Part shown: one piece after another, positions 9,001-20,900 of the stretch
Position numbering within the stretch: position 1 is the first letter of the stretch
Layout: each line of letters starts with the position of its first letter
DNA from: Takakia lepidozioides
Taxonomy: Eukaryota; Plantae; Bryophyta
DNA: 64,000 nucleotides
Direction of reading: 5' to 3'
NCBI GenBank assembly: GCA_030704615.1
Contig: CM060731.1
Span: forward strand, 72,416,001 to 72,480,000
Translations under genes and position numbers: made by a program
Notes under the pieces: generated by a model
The model's database searches: none
Seen by the model: the letters and a program-made list of their open reading frames with translations, nothing else
What the model was told of the DNA's origin: nothing

Positions 9001-12000
9001 ACTTAAGGGTCTTTCAGTTGCAATAAGCGGTGGGAAATGCATCAAGCAAGCTTCTGTGGAGAATCAATGGATAGCTGATAAGCAAATTGATGCGTTGGAA
9101 CACATCACAGAGGTAGGTGCAAAACTTGGTTGGACATTGTTTGTAGGATGATAAAATCCAGTTCAGCATGGGACTTGCTTGTACAGCAGCACTGCTGTGG
9201 GATTGATGCTAACGCTGTAGCCAGGTAAAGAAACCAGGTTTTATTGTTGAAGCTGTATTAGAATTGATGCTCGACCTGTTATCAGCTTACCTTGATGTCT
9301 CACCCAGTACCGCACATAGGCTTTTGGTTCTCTAGTAGTCACCAATATTCATTGTACAGAGCACCCCTTTCATATCTAAATGTCTGGTGGCAAATACTGC
9401 CATACGGGATCATTTTTGGCAGAGAATGTTATCAGAACTATTTGGAAAGAGAGTGTAGGAAGGGTATGAGGAACAGACATGGAAATGTTTTTGAAGGACA
9501 TTGTCACTTCATGACTTTACTACACAATCACACCGTTTATGGAGTTTTTATCTCTTGGCCTTATACTGCTCTACCCCTCTGATGCATCCAGGTTCTCCAA
9601 ATCCCCCCTGATCTTACACGGACTTTTAAGGACACAGATGCAGATTCAGAAGTAATGAAGTTCCTAGCGTGTGTACACCCTCTCGTGAGCGTTGCAATCA
9701 CTCTCATCAAGAAACGCTCCTGGACACCTCAGCAACTGTGGTCAAGAAAAAACTGTGTACCAAGTTTGGTCCTGTGCTTTTCTGCATTTGCTGCCGGTCT
9801 GAGTGAGGCAGGTGTCACATGGGCTGCCATAGAAGGAGTTGACAACCTATGCGGTGCTGCTGTGGCCCATTTATCTGAGGCCCTACAAAGTGAGGACAAT
9901 GTTAGTGTCAACGGACATAGAAAAAAAGTATCGATTGGCGAAAAGAGAGTGGGTGTAAGGGGATCCCAGGGCCTAATACTGGAGCTCCTACCAACAGTTC
10001 TACCCAGGCTCAAGCAAGTAATGAAGAGTGGATGTGGATTGGGAACTAAGGACGATGGAAATATGTCCGACATCGATCCCCTGCCTTGTGCAATTGTGGC
10101 AGCACACCAAATGGCATGGTGCCTGAACCAGGTATGATTGGCACTAATTGAAACAGTCTGGAGCTGCGATTGGCTTACAGTTGTTATTTGGTGCTTCTGA
10201 CCTGACAACTATAGCATGGGAACAAATTCATGTCACTGTTGGGAAGCTGTGGTCCATTGGACTTGAAGCCATCCTTGATGCAAGTAACTGGAAAATGATC
10301 TAAATAAAATAAAATGATCTGGATACCACTATTTGACTGTAAATTGCCTGATGGATCCTGCAAGGAATGCATCTAAGATGCATGTCTGTAAACTCATTGA
10401 TTTGCAGTTTCTTTGGTCTTAAATGTGTCTATAGTCTTCCTGTTGCCAGACTCACAGTTGGAAACTTTTCATCAGAGTCAAATGTCATTTTTGCTACTCT
10501 GGTCGGTAGTTTTATGAGCAGTACAGCACGGGGTCATTGGCATTGATGTTTTGTCTTTGCTGTAGCATTTTTTTTTTCAGTGTCGTGGGTTCATTGCTTC
10601 GCAGATGAAGATGGAGGGAGTTTGTGTTCACTAATCTAGAGACAGAATGCCTGCAGGTGGAGCATCCTTTTTTGGGTTCACAATGTGAGTTGGTTATGCC
10701 GTGTGTCCTAACTGCTTTGGATCACTTCTCTCCTATTGTCAAGGTATTACCTTCTCCTTTTTCTGAGTACACCATGCATGCTATTGTCACTTTCGACGGA
10801 GGTGTAGACAGCCAATCAGAGGATCTGGAGGCATTGTTTGTGTTATAACTTTTGGATATGAAGGACACAAATCAATAGTAAAGCTTAAGAAAGAGTGAGA
10901 AATGACCACAAAGAGGGCGAGTCTTTTTGAGGGCACTATTAACTATCTTTTGTAAGGGCCAAGTCATCGCCCTAGACAACTAAGGCTTCTGTAATTTGAT
11001 CATTGACGGAAAATGGTTCTGGACGAAGAAGAGGAAGGATGGAATGCAAGGCATAAGTCTGTGTGTGTGACTCGTCTAAACTATGCAAGGGACAAGTTTT
11101 ATGGTGCTCTCTGGCTGACAGTTGAGTTAATACCTGCTCCGGTTTTGCTAAGCAGAAGCAAGCTATGAAAGCCTGCATTCACTTGGCAGACAATCTAAAC
11201 CCATCGGAACTGCGCTGGTACAAGGATGCGACACTTGATGCTGTGTGTTCTAGTCTTATCGGCTGCGAGGACCTCTGGCCCATTGCAGTGCAAATGGCAG
11301 TGGTGCTTGTTACTCGCATCGAGGGGAAAAACCCACGTGGAAAATGGTTAGTACCTTATCTTTTGTGCTGGGCATTACTGAATAAACTAGCTAGCTCTAT
11401 GTAGCAATAAAGACGGTAATGCTTGCTTAAAACTACTATTTGGTGAGGCAACGTTGGGTGTCAGCATAATTATCATGGCTTCTCAGGAAAGAGGCCCTAC
11501 TGGAATTTTATATTGGGCACTGGCATTTGTTACTGTGAACAACTTTGACATATTGTGATGGTCAGGCAAGCTCTTGTTATTTAAGCCCTTGGGTGTTCAT
11601 CTGTTAGGCATGTAAGATGCTTGCAAAACTTAGGCACCCGTCTTGTGCTCTTGCTGGTGAAAGGAATAATGATCATGTCAAAAGAAATCTATCTGAAATA
11701 AAGATATGGATTTTTGGACCAAAGGTATGGACGGGTCATGAATGAAATGCTAAGCGAGTTGGAGAGGCATAGAGATGACCCAGCAAGGCGTACCATATGG
11801 CTTCAACACATCACACCGCAGTGTGAGGCCATGGGGATTGTTCTAGTGGCCCACTTCAAGCGCCTCCTTCCATTGCTCTTCCACTGGTTACATGCACCTG
11901 ATGATGCCACTTGCCTCCTGGTTGGTGTTGCTCTTTCCAGTTTTGTTTGTGGTCTCTCCTTTTGGATGTCTCCATTTTTGGTTGTCACATTTTGTCTATA

Positions 12001-12899
12001 CGAAGTGTTGGCTCTGAAGTGCTGATGTCTAGTGGGAAGTGGAGGGCAGGTTCTGTCAAGGCTCTGCACAATCATAACCCACACCTGGCCCCGCATCCCA
12101 TTTCATGCCAAAAGGTAGCTTTCTATGTGTACAGATTTGTGTACCAATCAACCTTTTCATGGGAATGTAATGAGAAGTTGAATCTGCAAAATGTGGTAGT
12201 GCTTAGAGTGATCTCACTTTGAGAAAACGTACACCCTTTTGAAGTAATGCCGACCTAAATTATAGTAAATAACAACACTTTTGCCGCTAGACGTGGAGGG
12301 GAAATTGTGGTTTTTCGTTTTTGGAAGGTTGTTTGAAACAACAGTGTTTTGTGGTTCAGAATGCGGGAAGAGCTCACATATGCATATGAGGAAGCAGAAA
12401 CTCGAAAATCTGCCGTGGAGGTGAAGATGGCCATCAATGAAGTGCGGCGGCTTCTCCTGTTGTAAATTTCCTCCCTGCGTGTGTCAATGTGTATTTTGCT
12501 TACTGTTCTTTGAGATTGATGCAGCTGCAGCCCTGGTTTGTAATTGTGGATCTTTTTGGTGCCATTCCCACAGATATCAGCTTTCAACTGTTCTGACAGC
12601 CATCCAACAGGCCGTGCACCTCTGCAAGCTTTTAGAGATGGGTGGTTGGATATTCTTCCAGTAACCCTCTATGCACACATTGGAAATCTGTTCATGGCTG
12701 TGGGATTGGCTCCTTCCTCGGTGCTTGGGGTTTAGAACATTCTGCTGGGGGCACCGATGTTGAAGCAAAATACAATGGAGATAGTCTGCTACATGTGAGG
12801 ATTGTCTGTGACAAACTATGTGCAAAGGGGAGAGATGGTCCACAACGTACATCGCCTCATGCTTTTTTTCACTTTTGCAGAGTTGTACCATCCCCATAG
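6053..12899 (+). CDS. TTI2: ARM/HEAT-repeat protein similar to At2g39910, putative TTI2 (TTT complex); multi-exon, last exon uncertain (ends somewhere in 12465-12899)
   Basis: Spliced segments read WCLNQV/EHPFL...PCVLTALDHFSPIVK/...SELRWYKDATLDA...KNPRGKW/...EMLSELERH...AHFKRLLPLLFHWLHAPDD...L/VLSRL...TWPRI. These match the plant At2g39910-type C-terminus as I recall it. Confidence 0.7.
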
Positions 12900-13531
12900 T
12901 CCAGGAAAGCTGAGACATAACTGCTGAAGAGGGTATTTCCTTGCAAGGACAATACAACTCCATGTGAGACCTGTATTTCTGACTCCATCTGCACAACGAC
13001 ACATGTGAGCTCCACTTTCCATTTCACATTAGTGCTATTGCTATTACTTGATAGTCTGCTTGCTGCATTGTGACATGGAAAATTGAGATTTGTTACTTTC
13101 AGGTGATTTGCTGCCAGGATTCAAAGTTTTTCTGCGCTGGAGTCAGTAAGCCTCGCAAATAACAACCTGCGAACGAAAGAATGCCGATTGTTCCTATTCG
13201 CTCATGACAATGCGGTTGCTGATCACAGCATGATCCAAGCATGCAAGAAGTTGGATCTTCATGACACATGAAGATCCATGTGACCCGCATGCTTACTGAT
13301 CTCTGCGAATAGTACTGCATAGGCTTGACCTATTAGAAGAGTCATATGTACAGGTAGTTGCCAATTAGGTGACCACTGTCATCGGCGAACCACCCAAAGT
13401 TGGAGGACCACCTTCAAACCAGCTACTCACTATGAGATTTTCAGTTTCCTGAGGCTGTTATCCCCTGCAATTCTTAATACTCTGCAGCAATCCTACCCTG
13501 GTTTCTATACTTACAATTGTACCTTTGTATG

Positions 13532-13734
13532 TAATAATAATAATAATAATAATGTGGACTCTTGTCGAAGCAGGCATAACATATGATGTCACTTACCAAA
13601 GGGCTACTGTCTGCCGATGCGAAGTTGGATTGGAAGGTGGACACCTTTATGACATCCTACACTCTCTTATGTGGTTTTGAACCCATAACCACTAGTGAAA
13701 TGGTACTATGCCCTAACCAGTGAGGAGGTACCCC
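13532..13734 (-). mobile_element. tRNA-derived SINE with the shared 3' module and a (TTA)n tail
   Basis: Minus strand has a degenerate A-box (CTCACTGGTTAGGGCA) and B-box GGTTCAAAACC, then GGTGTCCAC...CAGTAGCCCTTTGGTAAGTGACATC...GTTATGCCTGCTTCGACAAGAGTC and a (TTA)n tail at 13532-13553. Flanks GTACCTTTGTATG and GTACCCCTGTATG. Confidence 0.75.
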
Positions 13735-15494
13735 TGTATGGAGGTAGTAGGACCTTCATTGGTAAACAACTTTAGTTGGTACAGAGATCGGGATGTCTAA
13801 AGTTGTTGTGCTGGATCCGACTGCACATCCATTCAAGCATGCACCCTCAAAATCTGAGGATTCTAAGAGAATGAGGTGTGTTAGTTCACAAATTGTGCCC
13901 ATGATCCATGGTTATCACCTTAGTTCACAAAACTCTTCAAATTTTGTTATGTTCTTTCTGCCTATTATTTTTGCGCTGCTTCAAATTCTTCATGTGCCCC
14001 CTTTCCACCAGGGACCCTTGCTATGGCATATGTTTACTGTGCTAGGGGATTGGCTTATGTTCTCAGAGGTGTTGTTTATCCTGGTCAAAATCAAAAGAGG
14101 AAATTGAAAGTATTCCTCTCAAACACTGCACCAGTATGAATCTTGATAAATCACACAGTCGCAGTCTTTGTATCACTAGGTACATCAGATTTATGTTGGA
14201 CTCGAAGCCTCTTTTTCGAAGTAGACTTTCTCCGCGCAATATTGCACGTCTCTTTCCAGGTTAATTCTACAGAGCTTTCTCAGTATACAAAAGCAAAAAT
14301 TTGACCAAAAGCTTTAGTACATCACTATGACAGCGAACTGGACAATGAGAAGTTCAATCAACAATCGAAACAATTTATTAAATACCACTTTTGAATGGAG
14401 CTGGAAAGAAATGCCCGGTGTTTTAAAAAGGCCGAACAATAACAGACCAACACACTATAAAATAGCTCCCTTAGAGCATCCCCACCCTTGAGCCCGAAAA
14501 ACTCCCTGTAACACAAAAGATAGTGTCATCGATTCAGTGCCTGCTGGGTTCTGTGGCGCGGCAGCCCGACTCTCACACACCCTTGTCCCGGAATCGCCCA
14601 CGCCATCCCCCCGCACCTCGCCTCCCAATGGCCGGAAGGGGCGAGATCTCCGCCAAGATGCTGACAGGCACGGGGTTGGTCTCGTTGACTTGGATTCAGG
14701 GACGTTTTCTGTGCGAAGAATACAACGCCCGGGTTCAGTGCACTGAACGATATTCAGCACGAGCTTTTCACGGATATAGGGTTCAGTGCATGGGTGGGGG
14801 ACGTTTCCGCCCACCATACCCTCATGTTCCGTTGGCGTGCTGGGTTCAGTGTACACATTCCCATGCTTCTCGATGTAGGCAACATATGGAATATAGATGC
14901 TTAACTTGCAATGTCCAATAACAACATTGAAGTGGTGTATCTATAGGCACCGCAGGATGGACTCACACAGAAGATACAGCTGAAATATGCAACAAACAAC
15001 TGCACATAACAAAACAAAACATGCATGGATTGTGTGTTGTGGGGTCACAAGTCACAACCCCCATACTACTTTCCCCTTCCAAGACAGCTCTCTCGCGCAT
15101 TTGTCCACACTGTAAAGAGTTCAGTTGGGAACATGGAACAGGAGAATGGAGCTACAGCTGAGTGAGTTAACTTGCTGAGAGCATTGGGAACCTCTGCACT
15201 AAACCTACGTAACATACCAAGGCCACTTTCCTTGTGTTATTTAGAATCCAAAGGAGTGAGAATGCCCTTTGGTGATCTCTGGAACATTGAACTGAAAAGC
15301 ATCTTTGATCGGTCTGATCATCCATTCAAAAGTTATTCACTAGTCAAACAAATTTTCAATGTATGATTGTCATGAGAATGGAACTTCTGACCACTCTTGA
15401 AGCGAAACAGTGCCATGCAATTGCATACACAGAGACTCCAGCTTCTTTAGGGACTCCTCATGAGCTTGGAGGGACAGCATCTGCGCAGGAATGG

Positions 15495-15668
15495 TGAATT
15501 ATGCATCTTCCAGTCCTCCTTCCACATGAGACCTACAGGACGAACAGCGCCCAGAGAGACCGCCACGAACAATCCACACACGGACAGGGGCAGCGCAGCG
15601 GGTTTGAACCACGAACCACAGAGGTGACACACTGCGCACTTACCAGCTGCGCTACCAACCGATGTGCC
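15495..15668 (-). mobile_element. tRNA-derived SINE, second family
   Basis: A-box TAGCGCAGCTGG (15654-15643) and B-box GGTTCAAACCC (15610-15600). The body GTGTGGATTGTTCGTGGCGGT is shared with the copy at 26.95 kb. No complete acceptor stem. Confidence 0.7.
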
Positions 15669-17985
15669 ACCTTTGCAATTGTGAGTACTATGTGGGGTAG
15701 GGAACGGGCTTTTCCACGCGGTAAGAAAGACCCGGCCAGTTTTTGTTAGTTACAGAGGATGGAACCTGGAACCTTACGGTCTGGAAGAAACCTAACACAG
15801 CAGAAGGTTCCTCCTCTTTTAAGCCGTCCGATTAAGAGAATCCCAGCCATTGAAATTCTTGCTGTTTCGGTAAGGCCCTAGGGACGGGGGCTTATTACCG
15901 TTTAGGTTTCTCTTCAATGAGGGGGGTCAAATGGCAAATCTGCTCTGCCCGGGATTTTTTCTACAGCGACCGACTAAATTAAATGCCCCTCTGCCACACC
16001 CATCCCACAAATATTCCCTCATTATCCCCTGACACGTAGTGCAATTTGGTCGCGCCTGCCAACTTCCAAGAGATGGCACACACGTGCAAAGTTAAGTTCA
16101 GCAACCTGAAATAATAGTACACAATATATAATATTAGTAAACAAGTGGCAGCAAAGGCGAGACTTGATGAGAGGGCTGCTGCGGGCGCTTTCCGCAACAC
16201 GTTGCCCTTTTCCGTGCCGGAACGTGCCTGGAAGGCAGCTCTGGATGTCATCCACCCCTCCTGGATGTCGTCCGTTCAGAGGTTGTCATCTGTCTTTTCG
16301 TACGACACGCGTCGGTTAGGCGGCAAGAGTTGAATCTCAGTTCACCGTGGCACCGTGGCGATTTGATCTTTGCTGTTTCTTTCGAGATCCACGGCGCAGA
16401 TGTACTTAGAATCTCATCCGACGGTTCCAAGGCCAGAATCGTGCCATTGGTTCCGCCAGGGCTTTTGATGTACTTTTGTGTATATTTTGTATATGTGACG
16501 TCTTTTCTTTCCATCCATCCCCGGGGAGCGAAACGGATGAATAAGTGGTGCATCTGTGTTTCGTTCGTTGTCTTCATCCATGGAGGCAGGTTAGACCGGG
16601 CGGCCGGGCGGGAGAACGGCCGTGCGGCGGAGTGGTGGCGCCGCGGTGCCCCGCCGCCTCTCCATCTTTTTGAGGGAAGGCGGAAGAGAGTTGGTCTTCG
16701 AAGCCCTGGGAGCGATCCCGCTCGCATGGGGGGGAATCGGCAAATGTGTGAGCTAGCGATGGGATTAGGGCTGCAGAGGTGTGGCGGATGAGAGGGATGC
16801 GATAGTGTGGATCTTCTCTATGTTTTGTCGGTGGTTGAGAGTGCGCTGGTTGCAATCCGCGTCACGTGCTGGAAGAGGGATCGACTGAGAGATTGTTGTT
16901 CCGTTTCTCTCTCTTGGATCATATGTGTCTCGGTTGCCCTAATCCGCCGGCAGTTTCTGTGTCTTTCTCGTACTGGGATGACTGAGGAGTGATCGGCAGG
17001 ATGCTGCGGTGGTAAGTGATCGGTGATTAGGAAATGTTGCCTGGCCAGCTTCTATCAGCTTTTGTGTTGCGATCCTATTTTTCTCTAGTCTCTCTGTCTG
17101 CGCTGATGTCTCTCAATCTGCTGTTAGTTGTGGGCGATAATGTGACCTGGTGCATCTTTCTCAAGCTTAGCAAGTTTACGTAGGATCCTTGCTGTTCTCA
17201 CAGTTGCTGCGAGTTTCTGTGTCCACCTCGCTTTGAAAGATCTCTTTGCTGGTGCTCAGCTGCTTTCCTGCGTCCGTTTTTGCCGATGTCATGTATGGTT
17301 TTCCATACATAGCTAACAGTCCATCCACTTTCTCCACCAACACGGAGTCTCTCCAGGTCTTCTGTTTTACAAGTGGTCTTCAATTGCGCGCACTCGCAAT
17401 TCGGTCCTTGCATCAATGTTGTAGGACCGTCTGTATCCATCACACTAATTTACAGCAGACATCTGCTTCTCTTTGAAATGCAAATTATTTTCAGCTGAAA
17501 TGATCTCCATGTGTAGTATGCTAATTGTGGATGCCAGTATTCATCCGGGAGTTCTGGACTATAGGGGTCTCATGATTGGAACTAACGAAGGTTTAATCAA
17601 TACCCGAGATTCTTAATTGATATGCGGTAGAACTGCACATGAGCACTTGGTAATTCGGTAAGCTTGTCGTCTGGGGATTATCCTCAAGAGCATTGCTGCA
17701 GGGGTTTAGAGGTGAAGAGCCACATTGCATCATATGAGTTGTCAGACAGTCAACACCGCTTCTCTCTGCCGCAAGTGATTCACCAGTTGGTCTCTTGGAT
17801 CTTGTGCGACAGTAGGAATAACCAAATTGCGAAACTGAAAGACTCGTGAATGGACAGGTGTTGAAGTTGTCAGCTAAAGCACACGACAACATCAAAGGTG
17901 ATGGCTTCTGATCCGATGAGGGCGCGGAGCTTTGTTGGGGGCTTGTGGGAGCTGGCTTGTTAGAGTGAGTGGAGGTGTGGCGAAA

Positions 17986-20900
17986 ATGGAACAGGAGGAC
18001 GAGGAATTTGAACAATTGCTGGGTGAGATCCCGCAGGCCACCTCCACAAACACTCAGAACGAAATTCTGCGGTCCACCTCAGCACCACCACACCTAGAGG
18101 AACTACAGCGAGCTTATGGATCGGATCTGGAAGACCGTTCCTTTGAGCTGCGTGAGGATGAGGTCGCAGTGCAGCCTTTTATGGATATCAGGTGCGATGA
18201 ACACTACGAAAACTTTTATCGGTCATACTCCGGTGGCAAAAAGCTCCCCCCACCTATGGAAATTCGCACAATGTATGATGACATTCCAGTCCTCTCTCCA
18301 AAGTCAGCCTCCAACCAGCTCTCGCCCTTCTATGGAGGCCCCGCACCAGACAGCCCTCCTGCCAATCAGGTGCAACAACAACAGCTGGAAATGCTCCACA
18401 AGCAGCAGCAGGCTGAACACCAGCACCCACAGAACTCCCCACAGCAACACCGGGAGCCCTCTCCAAACAACCAGAGCTCTGGCAAACACCACTATGGGAA
18501 CTCCTCACAGAATCAAATGCTTGGAGATGCACATATCCTGTCATCTGCCTTTGGAAACTTGAGCTTTAATGAGAATCCTGTTTCTGTAGCATCCAATTGC
18601 TCACACCCCAATGATAATGGGGACAGCCGAGGCCTTGGTAATGGATCTATTGATGGGCTTAGGGGTGGCCATATGTCCAATGGACATGGCTCTGCTGTGT
18701 CAAATGTGACATATGCTCACACAGAAGCTTTTGGTGATGCGTCTGGAGGCTTTGGTTCAGGGTCAGGGGCTGCACGAGATGCCTATCTGTCTAGGTCGCC
18801 CCCTTCTATGGATCTGTTTTCTAAGAAGTCTTCAGCAGATATGGACATACTTAGCAATGGCACTTACAGTGGGATGGATGATTACTCACAGGCCTCTGCA
18901 CAAGTGTTTGAGAAGATGCTGCGACAGCGCACGCCAGGTTTAGATGTGTACACACGGAGTGTTGCACGAGATAGTTATGGATTGGGCTCCTCTGATCATC
19001 AACATCGACAGCTGGATGCCGTCCCGGTGACAGCTATGCATGCTGCAGCACGAGGGCATCCCCCCATATCTGGGAGTGAATTCTACACCACTGCCTCCTC
19101 GCAGCAGCAGTTCCCAATTGATTATGATTTTGCTGCGTCCTTCCTCCAAGCTCAGAGAGCCCAAGCCCAAGCCCAAGCCCAAGCCCAAGCGACTGCTGCT
19201 GCAGCCGTTCGCATGGCACAGGCACAGGCGCAGGTACAGATGGAGGAGGAGAAACATCAGCGGCAGCGGTTGATTCTCCAGCAGCAGTTGAATGACCATC
19301 AAAACCAGCTCCGGTTCTTAGCAACCCTTCAGGCACAAGTGAATGGAGGTGGCAGCTCCTTTTCGAGGAGAGGACACTCTCCCACTCAGCCTAGCAGAAA
19401 CTCAAGTAACATACATCAATCTCTTCCTGTTGTGAATACACAGCAAAGCCAGGCTTTGCAGCTTAAGTTGCGTCATCAGCACAATGTCACACAGCATGGG
19501 GTCTGGAGCTCACCTATGGTGGGAGGGGGGTTAGTCCAACCTGAAGGTTCGCGCACTCCCTCTACTGCTAACCTTTGCAGATACCATGCCCAGGGTTACT
19601 GCAGTCGCGGGGATGTCTGCCCTTTTGTGCATTCTTCTTCTTTTGGGAGTGCAAGAGGGCCCCACACAGGGTCTGGTTCTGTGAAGGAGGCTGTACAGCT
19701 TGCTGCATTAGTAGCACAAGAGGAAAGGCTCAGACCAGCATATAATCCAGAGAAAATCCTCCAGCGAAACCCAAGAGCTAACCATGGTGTGTCTGCTGTC
19801 ATCTCGGTGCCCACTGTAGGCCGCAGGAAATCTGATGTGATGACGAACGGGCACTCAAATGGGCATGGACATGGGCATTCCAATGGGCATCATTCGTCTG
19901 TGTCGGGCCATTTGTCACCTACAGATTCTCATGCACATATAAGATCAATGGCCCAAGACTACCTAGAGTCTGATGTTTCAAGGCATCTCAATGCCACCTC
20001 CCTCCACTTGCAGCAGCAACCAAAGTACACTCGACTTGAAGAAGTTGAGGGCCGTATTTATTCCATTGCCAAGGATCAGCATGGTTGCCGATTTTTGCAG
20101 AGGAAGTTTGATGAGGGTGGCCCTGAGGATGTGCAGAAGATTTTTGAGGAAATAATTGGGCACATAACTGAGCTTATGAAAGATCCCTTCGGAAATTACC
20201 TTGTCCAAAAGCTGCTGGAGGTTTGCGATGAAGAACAGCGCATGGAGATTCTGCATGTTGTCACCATGGACAGGGAACTCGTCACGATCTCTTTGAATAT
20301 GCATGGGTATGTACAAGTCTTGCAAAATCCAACTGAATTTAACCTGACTGTTTCCTGCATATATCGTCCAGGGTTGGATACCCTCTGTGGATGTTTAAAC
20401 CTTTTGGATGTGGGGAATTTTGGGCGGAGCTTCCCAACTGGTTGAGGCTTAGCACTGTGAGCATAAGTTCCTAGTTCTTGTTGTATTGTTCGGACTCAGT
20501 GGTGCTGTACTGTATGGGTTTAGGCAGCTCCTTTGTCAAGTGGATGTAGGATAGGAAGGGCACTGCAGGGCTCCCCCCATCCCATTTCCCCGTATGTACC
20601 AATCTGCACTATGTGGGTCTTTGCATTTCTCTTAAATAGCTTGGGAATGTCACATAGTTCAGCCTCTTGGTGAATCCATAATTTGTCTTGTAGATGGCAG
20701 ATAGTGATCTGTAATGAATTTTTAAGGTAGTTGTGTGTTGGTACAACTGAATCTGCTATAATCTGTAACACTTCAGCACTGCAGGGTGACATACTTGTAG
20801 GGATGAGGCTGTCCCCTCTTGCATTGAAAATTAAGGTTCCCACTGAATTTAGGTATTGCTAGCCATCTAAGAGCATTATGTCTTCTCATGTTAATGGACT

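Noticed and set aside
15585-15668. Functional tRNA gene (also at 3190-3261, 13660-13734 and 26945-27015)
   Set aside because: A and B boxes are present, but the acceptor and anticodon stems do not pair and SINE-like bodies follow.
16022-16992. Overlapping GC-rich ORFs as genes
   Set aside because: No recognisable domains. The region fits the promoter and 5' UTR of the PUM gene (donor GTAAGT near 17012).
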